The notes: generated by a model from the sequence alone, not told the origin. Positions 1 through 15,110 are shown, counted from the stretch's first letter. The stretch: DNA of 64,000 nucleotides from Nemertoderma westbladi (GCA_032718475.1 JAUCBJ010005626.1:27387-91386); one strand, 5' to 3'. Numbers and translations are program-made.

Positions 1-1295
1 TGCAGTTTCTATCACTTATAATGTATATGTACAATCATTTCGTAATGTTTCAATTTTGTAATAAAACTACATACATACTTGTTGCAAAGTACTTTGCAGT
101 GTTCTGATCCTCGTGGCTTTATTTTCACTCACTCACCAACGTTCGTTCGTGTAACAAAGCCACTCGGATCATCAAACTCAAAACGTAAAGTGCTACTTTA
201 CACATAAGTATGCAACTAATTTTTTTCAAAAGTTCTAGAACAAAAAATGTTTGTTCTAGGACATTAATTTTTACAAAAATGAATAGATGATATGTTCTAG
301 ATCATTTTTTAAAAAAAGTAAGAAAACTAGCTTTGATAACAACAAAAAAACGAATTAATGAATTAATGAATTGTGTTCAAGAACAACAATTATTTGTTCT
401 AGAACAAAATTAATAAAAAAATTAATAGACAGTATGTTCTAGAACATAAAAAAAAGTATCAAAAACTAGCTATCTTAAAAAATTGGGGGGGGGGGGGGGG
501 GGGGGGATTATGCACAAAACACAGTAGTACCCAAAAATTTAAGATGTAACAAGTCAAAAATTTGTTCTAGTGTAAAGGTTTTGGATGTTGCCTTTATTAT
601 GATGAAAATATTATAGTTTTAGTTCTGCTTTTTAATGTCTATCTTTCAACTTATTATTACGGTCTCCAAATATAACTTTACCGGTAATTAAATCTATTCT
701 CTTTCTCCCTCTCCCCCTAATGAAAGTTACATGCAGTATTTAAGCAGGCTAGTGCTAGTGGTTTCTTGCAGCAGACTAATGTCACTCTGATAAATATCTG
801 TTTAATTGGCATCTACTTTATAAGGGCTATTATTGAGACTACATCTGTTTTGCACATGAAATCGACATGCTGTATCTTAAGTAAATAAATAAGGTCTTTT
901 ACTTTGTAGAAAGATAGGTAAAATGTCTCAATGACTAACTAACAATTTTATGAAAAGACTAAATTTCATTTTGTGATTAAATTATTTCTAAGCTTCCTTG
1001 ACTACATATTCAGCATGCACATCAGAACATAAATCAATAGCCAAAAACAGTTTAAATTAATAAAAATAATTTTGGAAAATTTTTTTTAAGCTTATTTAAA
1101 CGTATAGGCCCCTAGTAATATCCCTAGAATATTTACTGAGTCAAGTGGTACTGCAGCTACCTAGCTAGTAATTTTTACTAGCTGGTGTTTTTTTAAATAT
1201 TTTTTTGTTAATTTAATTTATAAGTTCTCTATGGATATATATATAATAGCATGAATTTGAATTAAGAAAGTGAGTTAGTATCAATTAAATCCTAT

Positions 1296-1600
1296 GGAAA
1301 AAACAAACTTCTAAAAACACTAGCTACCATAAAAAAAACTAGCTACCATACAAAAAAAATACTCTCATCTTATTGTCAGAAGGTCAAATTTTTGTTCTAG
1401 AACAAAGGTCTTCACGATAATAGTCATTTTCACATGAAAAAAATTGGAAAAAACACACTTCTAAAAACACTAGCTAAAGCTACTATAAAAAACACTAGCT
1501 ATCATACAAAAAAAAAATACTCACATCTTGTTGTCAGAAGGTGTTCTAGAACAAAAAACGTCATGATAATAGTCATTTTCACATGAAAAAATTTGGAGAA
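1296..1600. repeat. Two ~150-bp tandem copies within a GTTCTAGAAC/ACTAGCT-rich repeat
   Basis: CTTCTAAAAACACTAGCT...ATAATAGTCATTTTCACATGAAAA occurs twice. Confidence 0.75.
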
Positions 1601-2288
1601 AAAAGTGGGCACCAAGGCCACACTAATGCCCCGAGTGCAAAATATAATATCATGTTGATAGAAGGATATCAGAACTTTGATAAAAATTAAATGATTAATT
1701 TGCTTGGATATGAAATAGTTTTTTACTTTCCGGTAACCTTGAGATGTATATTTTATCGAGATCATTATATTATATTCGTAAGGGGATCATAAGGGAGTAG
1801 AGAAAATACGTAATTTTACTCACAACAATTAACTGTTTGCAGCTTAATAATCCGATTATTTTCCTGAAAATTAAATAAACGGCATCGGATCCATTTGTAG
1901 ATGACTTTCAAAGACCTACATGTACCAAACAATTGGCCATGGTAACTTTGATATGTATGTTAACAAGACACTTGCAAAAATTAATAAAAGTAGAACTGAA
2001 ACTATTTCTTTTTGGGAACTGGAACTTAGATAAATTGGTTTATTAAAATTGAAACTGAAATTATTATTTTAATGGGAGCTGGAACTGAAACTTGAAACTG
2101 AAATGAAGGTGTTTATTCGAATTGAAACCGAAACTAGTCAAATTGTGTTTCAGTTCATAGCCCTATCCTAGACATGTATATATATTAATATTATACTATT
2201 GTTATATTATTTAGTTAACCAATTGTTGCTTTAGTCTGCTGTCAATACTACAGAGTGATGTAACCAACCTTGGACTAAAATATATACT

Positions 2289-2322
2289 ATGGAATGTGAA
2301 ATAAATATCAACCCACCTAAAG
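2289..2322 (+). CDS. ATRX: ATRX-like putative first coding exon (MECEININPPK)
   Basis: Acceptor tttag at 2234, in-frame TGA at 2256, ATG at 2289, donor AAG|GTATGT. Phase 1 matches the acceptor at 3156. Confidence 0.6.
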
Positions 2323-3155
2323 GTATGTAAAAATGTATGTATGTAATGTGTTTGTTTATAGACTTTTGTTTTACTTGGGGTATGAATTAACTCTTAGATA
2401 TAGTAACATAGCAGTAAGAAAGGGTGATAAGCTAGATATAGTAACATAGCAGTAAGAAAGGGTGATAAAGCTATCTTCATAGCAAATTTAGTAACATTCA
2501 TTCAATTTTGAAAATAATAGGAGAGGAGGGGGGGGGGGGGGGGGGGTTGTGGGAACTAGGGTAAGTTGTTAAAGAAGTTGTTACATTAAGGGTTATAATG
2601 CCTCTCAAAACTATTGCCAAAATCTTGGAACATTGTTAAGTAGGGATAAATTGGATCTCACTTTTTATATATGATCGGATTGGATATTTGAAAGGAGTAC
2701 CATAGTACAATAACATAGTGATTATGTAAAAAATTGGATGGACATGGTTCTATGTTAAGGACACAGATGTTGAATATAAGGCTTCAGAGAGATGCTTGAG
2801 CCTTAGCTTAGTTTTCACCATTAAAGTCTAACTGTCTCTCACTATTGTGTACTGTCTTTTTGAAAATTTTAACATAAATAACTCAGACAATCCTTGATGC
2901 AATATAGTAAAACTTGGTATACATAGAGTTTGTCAAAAATGTATCCCATTTTATTGTAACACTCGATCTGAAACCTGCAGTTATGTACTTGTAATTCTAT
3001 AAGCAGACAAAATGCTGCATTGTTGAGATGATGCTGACCCATCTGCAATTCTCTAGTCTGTAGCTAGAGGATGATAATATAATATCTTGTAATTGTCATG
3101 ACTCGTTTACGGTACATAAGGTTAATTAATTATTATAATTTTTTGTCATTATTAG

Positions 3156-4891
3156 TGCCAAGATCTCCATACTTTCCAGGCCTTGAGGCCATTCGAATAC
3201 CAATGGGGTGGACTTTTGACCCATATCTCAACATATGGAGTCATAGCAAACTAATACCTTGCATAGAAGTAAGTAAAAGCTTAAATGATAATGCCATTGA
3301 CGATATACCTGATCTATCAGAGTGGGATCACCATATACAAGTGCCTACTGATGATGCAATACCTTCCACAATTTCAAGTCTAGAAGTTATTGATGATATA
3401 AGTTATGGAGAACCACTGCTGGGCTTACCTTCTTCTGGGGTACCTCTCACAGGATTGGACAAACCCAAAGAACCAGTTAAAGCATTACAGCTATCTGACA
3501 ATTTGATAACAATAAAGCCCAACCAACAAGTAGGGGTAGAATCAACAATACAAAATAGTTCAAATAAGTCCACATCTAGATTTGGGGGCTTACAACTCGT
3601 ATCTGCTAAGTCATCCAATGGCTTAGAGACATCAACAACAATTAAAAAATGTCAGGATCAAGTGAAAGCATCAAAGGCCTTTGGTGCAACATCATCGGAC
3701 AACTCCGGGGATCAAATAAAATCATCCCGTGTATTACCAGTAATTTATGAAGATAGTGGTACTGATGCAGATTGTCTAGCAAAAATCAACAAACCATCAA
3801 ACCAACCATCACAGGAAAAAGAAAAGGCATCTTTGACACTACTTAGATTTATCAAGGAACATGATCGACAAAGACTAATGGGAATCAGTAATGGACATTT
3901 AGCATCCTCATATAACATCCTTCCAGTTTTGAATACTCACCAGGTTTCTGTATTTACTTCACCTAATCATGCACGTGATGATAACAATTCCATTGCTGAA
4001 GAAAACAATTCAAACAGGATTCCTGTAACAATAAGTACATCCGACTTAGGACAAATATTCCCATTACCTCTACAACCGTCATTGAAACTATTAGTACTGC
4101 CATTACACATCCCATCATCACAAATGTTTAATACAAATTCTTCATCATCTATGCATCTCTCAAATATTGATCAGGTAGTACCATTACAAATATCTGGGCA
4201 GAACAGTACATTGCAGGTTACAACTGAAACCCAGATTCCAGTACCTATTTCCATAAGTGCAAATATTTCAAAAGAAGATTCTTCAAAATGTGTCAGTGTG
4301 CTAAATAGTAAACATGATAATTTGTCTAATGACATATTTCAATTTAATATCCCAATGATTAATAATGGACTGCCATTAGTTTTAAGCGAATCATCTAGAA
4401 CTGAAACCGAAAAACCTATAGGTGATATAAGTATAGATTCTGCATACTATCCTAAACCACAATATTCTCAACTTGAAACTCCATCACTTATTCAATCTCA
4501 GACATCGATACCCGAAACATCCCCAAGTATTGGTCCACTGTCTTCATCAGATGTGAGTATAGCCACAATTCCAGCTTGTGATGAATCTACTTTATCAGAT
4601 GATGAAAATCCAATTGAGGAAAGGAAAACAAATAACCAAAAAATGAGGCCACGCCCAAAAGTTGTGATTAATAAACTATTTATTGGTTCATATTCCTACA
4701 AACCATATAACATTAGTGAAGAAATAGAAAGATTAAATGTAGAACCCAGCATCAAGAAAATATTAGTAGATCGAGAACCTATCATATCTTTGGAACTTTG
4801 TGAAGGGGAAAACCGGCTAACTGCTATTCGAAGAATGAAACGCCGCAATTATATATCATCAAGTTCAGATGAAGATGACATACCATTAAAG
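3156..4891 (+). CDS. ATRX: ATRX-like exon 2, long Ser/Pro/Ile-rich, probably disordered N-terminal region
   Basis: 1.7 kb open frame in AT-rich DNA. Acceptor ttattag|TG, donor AAG|GTAAGG. Ends in SSSSDEDDIPLK and joins exon 3 in phase 0. Confidence 0.75.
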
Positions 4892-5872
4892 GTAAGGTAT
4901 ATAATATGTATATGTTTATATATACATTTTATAACTTGTTATTAAAATTAGAGGTCATGTACAGTACATGACATAATATTGTAAATGATAAGTGTAAAAA
5001 TGTAAAAAGACATTGGGTATGTGTAGATATGTGTAGATGATGTGTTTCAGTACATTAAATAGCGCAATTCTCACCTGGTACTACTATGTGGCCATACTCC
5101 ACACCATAGCAAAATAGTTATCACAATTCTGAGCCCATTTTGAAGATAATTTTGTGTTTTCTATATAACCAATTGATGGGACCATATCATCTCCTATAAC
5201 GAAGCTGTTGCCGAGAATGTAACACCAACTCCGAAAAAACATAAAAATGTAGATCGTGAACTCAATTTTCGAGGTGCTATAAATTTGGTAACATTGATGT
5301 GTTTATTTTGAGTCACCACTATTTTAAATACTTCCAAGGTACTCATCGACTATTTGTTCCAGGCCGAGCCTAAAATCAGTCAACTTTGGATAAGCTTTTA
5401 GACTGTGGAAAATGTAGACTTTGGATAAATTCACAGAAACATCGCCCAAGATCTACAAAATGTATATCCAAAGTCTAAAATTCAGTTCTATTTCGGAATA
5501 CATTTTATTCAAAGTCTACAACAACGTATTCCTTTCATATGACTTTTCAAGCTCTACAAAACGATTGAATTCTTTTGGGGGTAATTTTCAATTTTGTTAT
5601 TGTGCACATGCACTACTGGCTAACTGCAGTGTTGACAGCAGTGCATTGAGAGGATTGTGAAATACCTAAAGTCATCTGTGAACTATGAACAACTAAATTA
5701 ATTTTAATATAACTTTTTCTTTCTAATATTTTGCAGTGTGATATAATGTGATAAAAAGATGCCAAATGCACATTTCGTGAAATTAAAAATTAAATTCAAA
5801 CTTGCAATCCCGATCCCGATCACAATCCCAGAAATCCGGGAAATTGTGATCCTGTTTAAACACTAATATATT

Positions 5873-6280
5873 TAGTGTTTAAATGGGATCCCGATCCTGA
5901 AAAACCGGGATCCCAGCAAAAAATGCAATCCCAGGCCCGATCCTGACATTTTTATGTACTGGGATCCCGAAGAGTTAAGTAAATTTGTTAAATATCTTAT
6001 AAATAGTTCCAGCAGAACGGAAATGTTTTGATTATATATATTGAATTTTTATTTCAGTAAAAAATCCAGTATTCAATTCAAAATAATTTTAATAAACTTA
6101 ATCTTACTAATAATTCAGAAGTGTTGATACCCAAAACTCCACATTCACAAATAACTTGAAGGAATTTAAACCAAAATTGCAATCCTGATCCTGATCCCGA
6201 TCTCAAAAATCAGGATCCCGAGAGTGATAATCCTGATCCCGATCCCAGAAATCCCGCAGTCTGATCCCGTTTAAACACTA
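5873..6280. mobile_element. MITE with TIR TAGTGTTTAAA(T/C)GGGATC and internal GATCCC repeats; the 3' end of a second copy lies just upstream
   Basis: TAGTGTTTAAATGGGATC ... GATCCCGTTTAAACACTA. Confidence 0.7.
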
Positions 6281-7085
6281 ATATATATACAGACAAAGCA
6301 AACACAGTTAATGTAAAAGTTGAAAAAATGTAGTAAGGATCAAGTGGGGAAACCAATTTTTACCAACTTAAAAAATTTTACTATCACTTAAAAAGTGAAA
6401 TTTGCAATGATGTTTCTCGAGTTTGGTGGCATTTGTTTCGAGGAACACAGCAATACAAAGCCAGAACTGATCTTGCTGCAGGACTTGTTGCTGGCCTAAT
6501 AATGTTTTTGGATTTATTTCACAGAAAACTATACTATAAACTTAGACAATGAAATACACATGGCGCACTTTTTCTTTTAAGAATGTTTCCTGAAAGGTTT
6601 GTTTGTATTTTTTCAATCTATAATGATAACTGGAACAAAACTGAACACTGTGGATGGATTAATAACATTGTTTCTTAAATTGATACTTTTTCGTCCGAAA
6701 ATACCCAAAAATCTGATGAAAAAGGAGTACTTTTTTCTTTAGGGAAAAAAGGAGTACTTTTTTCTTTAGGGAAAAAAGTATCGGATTACATTTATAGGAT
6801 TGCATTGATTTTACTTTTTCCCAGCGAAATTATTACATTTTATTATATCATATAATAAAATGTAAGTAATGTAAGTGTAAGTAACAAAATGTAATGTTGA
6901 AAGACCTTCGAAGTAGAATAGGTTTGTACATAATTTGAGAAAAATTCATCCACATACTCAAAAGTGTCACTCTGGTGTCTGTGGGGTGTATTCCAAAACA
7001 GAACTCATTAATATCAAATATTCTGGTTTGTTTGATAGGAATCGCTGTAATTACTAAAATACTGCAGTTTGTTCAATTTATTTTG

Positions 7086-10000
7086 TATTATTATTATTAT
7101 ATTAACGTCAAGGCGGCTCAATAGGGATCAATAACCATAAAATAAGCACTTAATTCACATCACAGCTTGACTGAATAAAAAGTTCTTTACAATATAATGC
7201 ATGCACAATAAATGTTAAAATTATAAAAATCTATAATTCATAGTCGAAAGTGATTATAAAATTATGAACTTTCAGAATCAGCATTGAAGTTCCTAACCTC
7301 ATTACAATTATAAAAATATTCAGATAGGCTAGAGGTGTTTGTCAGAGAAGGCTGCTCGTCTCTGCGTGATGATCACACAGTGAAAAATATAATGTTCTTC
7401 ACCTTCTATTGTATTGATACCAATGAGTTTGCAGTGAGGAAAGACACGCTGATCTCGTGGTATTTGCTTCCACCGACCAGCTAAGTTGTATGATCCTACA
7501 TGGAAGCGAGTGATCACTTTATCAGTTAGTGATCCTGTTTGATACTCGGATGGTGTTCTGGCTGGGTTAATTTTCAAGTACGTTTCGAATTTTGAGCGAC
7601 CACATTGAGCTTGTTCATATATATAATCTTTAACCTATCGAGTCATAGCCGCATGTGTTACATCAGACGCACCATAGTACTGCGAAATGTGAATATAATG
7701 TTTCATGAAATTTGTATCGTTACAGGTCTCAATAACTCGATGGTAAATTGATCCAGAGTCCTTTGCCATAAGTCGCTTCCATAAACCAAGTTGTCTAGAA
7801 ATCACCATTGCTTCAAGGGGTTTACAACCAGTTTCTGTAAGAATTATACAGTTTGGAATTGTTCTTCTCATTTGCATTGCCTTTAGCAGTTTATAATATG
7901 TTTCCCGACACTGGATTCTTTGACCATTTTAATGTTCCATGTCCATCACTCTTAGTGGAACAGATTGAGGTGTTGAATGGTCCCCATGTTTCACAGTTGT
8001 GTAAAAAACTAATAAACTTGTTGAAACATAAGCGTCCAGTACATGAGATTTAATGATCAAAGGGGTGAATTTCGTTCTCCCGCAGAAAATTGTAGAATTT
8101 ATTTACACTGGGTTTTAGCTTACGGCCTTACGCAGATCTTTATTAAGATCTTTATTGAAGGTGCCATTGCTTATATGATGACTACCGAGGTAAACAACAG
8201 ATTGTTTTGGTTTTATGAGGCCAACATCTAACTTAATGCCGTCCCCATCTTGGGAATTTTTTGAATTGACGATTATAAGTCCGCACTTGGAATATTCTAG
8301 AACAATACTATTCGTCGTATAGTACCTTTCAACCCATTGTAATTTTTCCTGCATAATATCTCGAGATGTCTCTAATATCACACAGTCATCAGCATGGATG
8401 ATTGTGTGAAGTTCATGTAGAAAGCCATCTTGTCTGAACTTAGTCTTATTAGTTTTATGAAGTCATTTATGTAGCCAATGTAGAGAATTGCACTAAGTGG
8501 GGAACCATGTCTAATACCACATAGAGTCATAAAATCGGGGGAAAAAGTTGAATCGAAATATACCACATTTATAGTTACCAAGTAGATAGCGAGTAACATC
8601 GTTAGATATGTTGCACCACAGCCTATAGACTATAGACAGCCTATAGCTTAGTAAACAACATTTTATGCGATACCTTATCAAACACGCCTTGAAAATCTAG
8701 GAAACAAATATATAGGCTTTTCTTTGTTTTCTTAGCATATGAAATTAAACATTTCAATATAAAAACTTGTTCAAAACAACTTCTTCCTTTTTGATATGCA
8801 GATTGTAATTCTTCAAATGAGAAGAAGTTAATTAATCTATTAAATAGAACTATGTCAATAATTTTTGCCAATGTCGCAACAAGTGAGATGGGTCTGTAGT
8901 TCTTTGTCTCATTCATTTCCCCCCTTTTGTAAATTTCTGCAATAAAAGAAAAAGCGAGAAGCAAATATTTAAGATTACTAATATAAATGGCAAAATCTGA
9001 GGGCTGGTGTTTTTAAGCATTCCCGATGTTATACCATCACTGGATGACCTACCATCTTTGAGTTTAATTGTTGCCTGTTTCCATTCATCCAAAGTAATCG
9101 AGATATCTAATTCTGGGACGAACATTTCATAAGCATCCAATTCATTTCCATCTAATAACTCAGTACCTGGAGGTCGGTCGGCACTTGGCTTCGAGCGCAT
9201 CTGCAAAATTATCAACATGGGGAACTTCGCGGGCTTTAGGTATTGTCTCATTTTTTGCTTTCCAATCGATTTTATTCAACAGTGCTTTGGAATCTTTTTT
9301 GTTTAATATATTACTCCATTCATCTTATTGCCTCTTGCAGTTTTGAGACATAACTGATGTGTTTGATTGTGCGGTAAAGTGAGTTACAAGAACTGAACAC
9401 TGATGCTGAACTCGTGTCTCATTAACACAATTCTTTGAACTGTTATATAAAATTTGAGACAGTCTAAGGATTTGTGTGTTTACTTCATCCATCAAAATGG
9501 CACTACTTGCCCAGTTTGCAATGAGCTTATCCAAATTAACAGACATTTCATCAATTTGAGGTGCAGTTATAATTTTATACATTTGCCAGTTTATTTTCCA
9601 ACTGTCCATAGTTTTTGGTATGCAAATTTCTCTTTTTTCATTACGGTGTATCAGCATATCAGAAATGCATGATATAAGAATTTTATTTAAAGATAAGAGT
9701 ATCCGGAATAATATTTAGTTGAAGCATTTTGTGGTCAGAAGGATTTATACTGAGATTCAGAACTTCCATTTTGTTAAGATATTTTAAGCAGTGTTCGTTA
9801 ATAAGAATTATATCATTCTCAGATTTCCGCCCACCACGCTGAAACCAGGGCTCCCACTACTGCGTTATTGTAACGCATCGCACTATTTCCAAAATATATA
9901 AAATTAATTAATTAATAATAAAAATTATATATTCGACTATTATTGAGCAAAAAGCAGGAAAATTGTGTTATTTCTTGATTTTCCATTAAAAAACGTAATG

Positions 10001-10780
10001 AAATTTATAAACTTTGTAAGTTGTAACTGCAATTATATTGGTGGCGATATATCAAAATTGTATAAATAAAGTTGGACCTGTTCCTTATGAAGGGAACTTT
10101 TAGTTTGAGATTTACTTTGATTTTCAATCTTTGATTTGGACCCACCCCTCCCCAATTCCAAGACGAGGATTGATATTATAATTTTACATTTAAAAACTTT
10201 AAAATTTCAATAGAACTACATTATTTCAGTTACTGTACCTTGAACAATTTTTAATTCTATTCATTGCCACATCCATTGCCTATGAGCAATTTTGACTGAA
10301 ATAGACCTGGGGCTATTTTATACACAATACAGCCCAGTGGCAATTGTAATCTAGTGCATTCATCAAAAAGACTCATTACTTGCACAAAAAGTTCATCATC
10401 ATTAAAATTGGAATTGTCTTCGTTTGGAGGTATATAAAGTCCAGCTATAACCCATCAACTGAGAATGAGAATCTACAAATGATCATATCCTTTATATTTT
10501 CAATATTTTTAACATATTAATAAATATCATTATTTATCAAGACCGAAACGCCTCCTCTTGGATGTTCAGCATCTGGTTGAGAATAAGGGTTATGGTGTGA
10601 ATAGAAATTAGCAATATCAAAATGTTGTCCAATAGCCATTTTTGTCTCAGATAAAAAAACAATTTTATTTTTACATAACCAACTATGATATAAATATATG
10701 TGGTGTGTGGCGCTGTTTATATTATAAAAACATAATTTTAATATAATATTATTAGTTTTATTACTCCGCAATTGAGCCAT
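7086..10780 (-). mobile_element. Decayed LINE ORF2 (L2/CR1 group: APE endonuclease plus RT), in ATRX intron 2
   Basis: Endonuclease motifs FYNINS, FLSET, RGGVSVLI and SDHKML. RT motifs NYRPISL, QSAYQKGRSC, CFLDFQGVFDKV and GIRHGSPLS. C-terminal RFHVGSYNL..EGEEHYIFHC and a (TAA)n tail near 7090. Many frameshifts. Confidence 0.9.
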
Positions 10781-11658
10781 TTACTGAGATTTACTTGGAG
10801 AATTATGGTTGTTGGTAGGACTTTACCAGTCTATGAATGATGTCTAACATTCTCATATTCCACTCCAACTATTTTCAGAATCTCACGACGAGAATATAAG
10901 TTTCATGTCTCTCCTCTCTTTATATATACATTAAGGAGATATCGAGTTTGTTTCGTAATTAAATCCGATATCCGAATTAATTAAATCCGAATAATCTGCT
11001 TTGAGATATTATATTATTACTTCACTCACGCTTTCCAACTATAATGTAGACAGAGAATTACTGTAGTAACTAACTGTGGAATATAACTTTGACATAAGTT
11101 TTGTAGACTTTTACTCGATTTTATATCCATAGTCTACATCAAGTATTGCATTTTTTTTTTTTTTTTCTAATTTAGTTTATTGTTCTAGAATAAAAATTAT
11201 TTATTAAACAAAAAAACAAAAAACAAAAAATATTAATTCTACAACATTTATAAAGAGTTAGGATTTATAACAACAATGATTATATCAGTTCAGTATTATT
11301 AGTTTATAAATATATTTGATTATAATAATTAATTGACTTAGCTTTAATATCAAGCAAATGTTGAAATTTGAAAACATTTGAATTTCTGGAATATACATAT
11401 TTAATCACAAATTTCATGATAACTGCAAAAATATGAAACCAAATTTGTTTGTAAAACTGAAAGATTGCAAAAAACTATGAAACGCAAAATATAGTTATAT
11501 ACTATATTTAAAATATTTTCAGGAAATAAATTTCACAATGAAAATGTAAAACTTGTTCTCTCAAAATGAGTATCTGTTTTATGTATGTTTTTAATATATT
11601 TTTATTTTTCTCCCAGATATATATGCCTTAAATTTTGTGATAAATTTAATTGATTTAG

Positions 11659-11818
11659 ATTTCAAAACGGGCACCAACTGCTTTCATTTCTAAAAGTCAA
11701 AAAAGAAAAGATATACGAAGAATAATTGATGAGAATCTGAAAACAGAAACCAACAATGCTGGTAAAGAAGAGGTTGTACATCTAATGCATTTAGAAACAA
11801 CTAGGAAAGCCAGATTAG
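11659..11818 (+). CDS. ATRX: ATRX-like exon 3 (ISKRAPT...KRKDIRRIIDENLKTETNNAGKEE...)
   Basis: tttag acceptor, G|GTAAGT donor. Resembles the ATRX pre-helicase segment RKKIRKILKDDKLRTETQNALKEE. Confidence 0.85.
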
Positions 11819-12664
11819 GTAAGTTTATAGTGAATATATCATAATTCCATTAAATCAATAAGCATGTTACTGCTAGAAATTTAATTTAATATTCAATTCA
11901 ATTATTTTTGACTTTGAAAACTTCATGCATGCAGTGATGTTTAGGAATTTGATTTAATGTATCGTTATAATATTGTTTAGTACTATATAATAATATTTTA
12001 ACTATTTCTTGTACAGGAATAAAATATGCTTTATTTACTGTTTGTCCTGAGATCTGTTTTTGAGATTGAGAGGCGAAAATATTAATAACGTGTTATATTT
12101 ATCATACAATATGTAATTTTATTATTAAAATCATTCTTATTATTATTATTATAATTATTTAAATATATTATTGTTTAATAAGTAATTATATAGTTGATAC
12201 CAATGGAAAGGTGTCATTGTAAGGATTCCAAATTTATAAATAACTATTAATGTCATTGAGAAATAGCTGAGATATGGGCATTCAAATAGTGCTGGTATTT
12301 TTGCATCTGTTACAGCCTGCAGGGCAGGGCATTTATAATTTTTAATAAATAAACAATGTTCTGGAACATATGATTTATTTGAAGACTATTAATTTATTAC
12401 TTAATCTCATTTTACTAGTCGTAGCTTCTCATTAAATAAATAAAATGCCACAGAATAGTATTTATTACAGTACAAAGTTGACTGATTGAAGAGCAATAAT
12501 TCCCATTTATGTAGATAAATAATACAAATCTCATTTACCACCACCCCATTGCCATTGACTGAGCTGTAAATAATGTAAATTTTAACAATAAAATATATTT
12601 CAGCTGTATAATAATTTATTATTTAATAATTATATTATTTATTATATTTTTTAAATTTTGTTAG

Positions 12665-12745
12665 GAATATACCATTCGCTGGGAATTCAAAGAGCTTTAT
12701 ATTCAGAAAGGACTAAAGATAAAGAAAATTTATGCCCTTATGAAG
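12665..12745 (+). CDS. ATRX: ATRX-like exon 4 (GIYHSLGIQRALYSERTKDKENLCPYE)
   Basis: 81-nt open phase 1-1 exon with ttttgttag acceptor and AG|GTGAGT donor. No recognisable motif. Confidence 0.6.
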
Positions 12746-13959
12746 GTGAGTTATATCTATAGCATTAGCATTGTTACTGTTATACTTTTGTTATAAAACA
12801 AAGTCATTACCTATAATTAAATTGCAAATAGTTAAGTTAGTACTTTTGCTAAGATATAATATTAATATAATGACTTCGAAAATAGATATATAGTGAGGGA
12901 CCATTCCACGATCTAGTATGTGAGATTCACACCCACTTCTTTCTGGTAAACTTACTGATATCTTAAGTATTTATGAGCAAAACAATCTCAAATACTGCTG
13001 TTTTATGACACTATTTATTTGACTATAAAAAAACATAATAAAACTATACATTGGTATATTAAACCATAAAATTTGGGGCATTTACTTTTGAGCTAGTTAT
13101 TCTAGTAAATAAATCGCAAAACATCTGTAAAAATTAGGGTAAAGTTCTATAACATATTTCTCTGAATTGTGATTGTTTTGAATATATACAGGTATTTTTT
13201 TAGAAACCTATCTCATACATAAACATAACCCAATAATTAAAATCCTCGACGGGTTAACTGAATCACTGATATAGTGGGTATGAAAAAAAGTGGGCAATCT
13301 AGTTACCAATATATATGTAACATGCCTCGGGTATTGCCTGCTAGTATATATATATATATATATATATGAATTTTATCTACAGTTTTCATATATAGGCCCT
13401 CAATATATCAGACAATATTTTTGATTTAATATGTAATATTTTAGCCACCAATTGTTGTAACAAACAGGGAATTTTATTCACAAATATTGTAGTCTAATAC
13501 ATTTTACAGAATATATAAGTATTTTGGATTAATTATACAGTAATAAGAAGTTTGTTTCTCATTTCAAACCATTAGTTTTTAGAAATTCTAAACTATTCAG
13601 ATTTTACTATTTAAAATACAATAGTAACAATATTATTGAAAAAGTATTGGAATTGGGATCTACTATGTGACATTTCCAGATTTTTATGTTTACACTTTAC
13701 ATGCAGTTTTTTCCCCACAAAATCAAATCTATATAGTGTTCAATCTAATAATATCGTATCTACGGTGATAATATAATAGGCCTACTATATTTTCATTTAT
13801 CATCACTAATATCATCACCATCAAAGTAGGCCTAATAACGATCAATGGACAATAATTGATATTAATCATAGTTAGCATGTTTCTCACTACAATGTCTGGA
13901 TTTTATTAGAATTAATATTAGTGACTAGTAAGTAAGCCACCCCAGTATGAATCTACCTC

Positions 13960-15110
13960 CGGAACCTTATATATCCCTCTTCTCTTAATGATTGGAGCTT
14001 CAATTTTCGACACAACATCAGCCCACAAAAGGAAGTGAAGGTCTGGTCATTTTGTAAACTCCCAAGAAAGACGAAGTTGTAACCTCACCTGGGAATACTT
14101 GACCTTCACATTGAATATCTATGAAATCTCCAGATTCGAAAAGATGTTCTGAAAAGGTAGTTTCGGCCACTTCTGGAACAGGACGATGGATGATTAACTG
14201 TTAGATTAAATTCACTGTTGCTAATCGGTTCTCCTGCAGAAGTTTTTTTTAATAACATTTCATCATTCTGTGCATTATATCTCATTTCGTGGATACCAGA
14301 AATGTGATATGTCAAAGACCAATCACACTTAATAATATCTGCACTATCTGGGTAGGACACTTTAACTTTTGGATATGCCAAATGCGTCTGAAGCTGCTTT
14401 CTGAAATTCTTTATCTACACCATCTTTGCTCATGGTCTTTAATCGAAATCACACTCTTGGCACTTCTACCAATTCCGTCTACTGTTCCTTTTCCATGCGT
14501 GGTGCGGAATATTACCAAACAATGTCAACCATAACCAAACAACCAAAACCAAAACGTCAACCAAACAAATGTCAGCCATAAAGCAATTCTTGAACTCCGA
14601 CGAAGGACCATCACTCCAAAAAATAAGTGAACTTTTCGGACAATCTGATCGCTGCATGATATCAGCTAAGATAATATCAAGGAAGTGAGCAACTTGATCT
14701 TTTATTTATCTTTTATATTAGAACAAATCAAATATGACTGGCTGTATTTACCACCAGCAAAATAGGAACATGTAAACAGGGTTACTGACTGTCTCATCCA
14801 TAGCACCGACTGAACTTTATTCTGATACTCGCATGAGTAATTCATTTTGAAATCGAACTGGAGAACATAATTTGAATCACAATCTTTACGAAACCTCCTT
14901 TGCTTATTGGCGTTTCACAAGAACATGATGCTGAAACACACCAAGTTCAGCCATAACCATTCACATCCTTTTTCCATTGTCTCCAACTGGCTTCAGCAGT
15001 GAAATTTCTATCGAAAATAAGAAGCTTCCCATTCTGGCAGATGTTGCATGTCCCTCTCCAGCAATCTGATTCTAGTTGTTGTTCGATAACTCATTCAAAC
15101 AAGCTGGTCT
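13960..15110 (-). mobile_element. Decayed DDE DNA transposase, Sola2-like (superfamily call tentative)
   Basis: Fragments VLQFDFKMNYSCEYQNKVQS.LW, IFWSDGPSSEFKN and THGKGTVDGIG lie in shifted frames. Confidence 0.7.

Noticed and set aside
3098-4945. Stand-alone single-exon 615-aa gene
   Set aside because: Both ORF ends run into AT-rich intron-like sequence. Splice sites at 3156 and 4891 link it in phase to the flanking exons.
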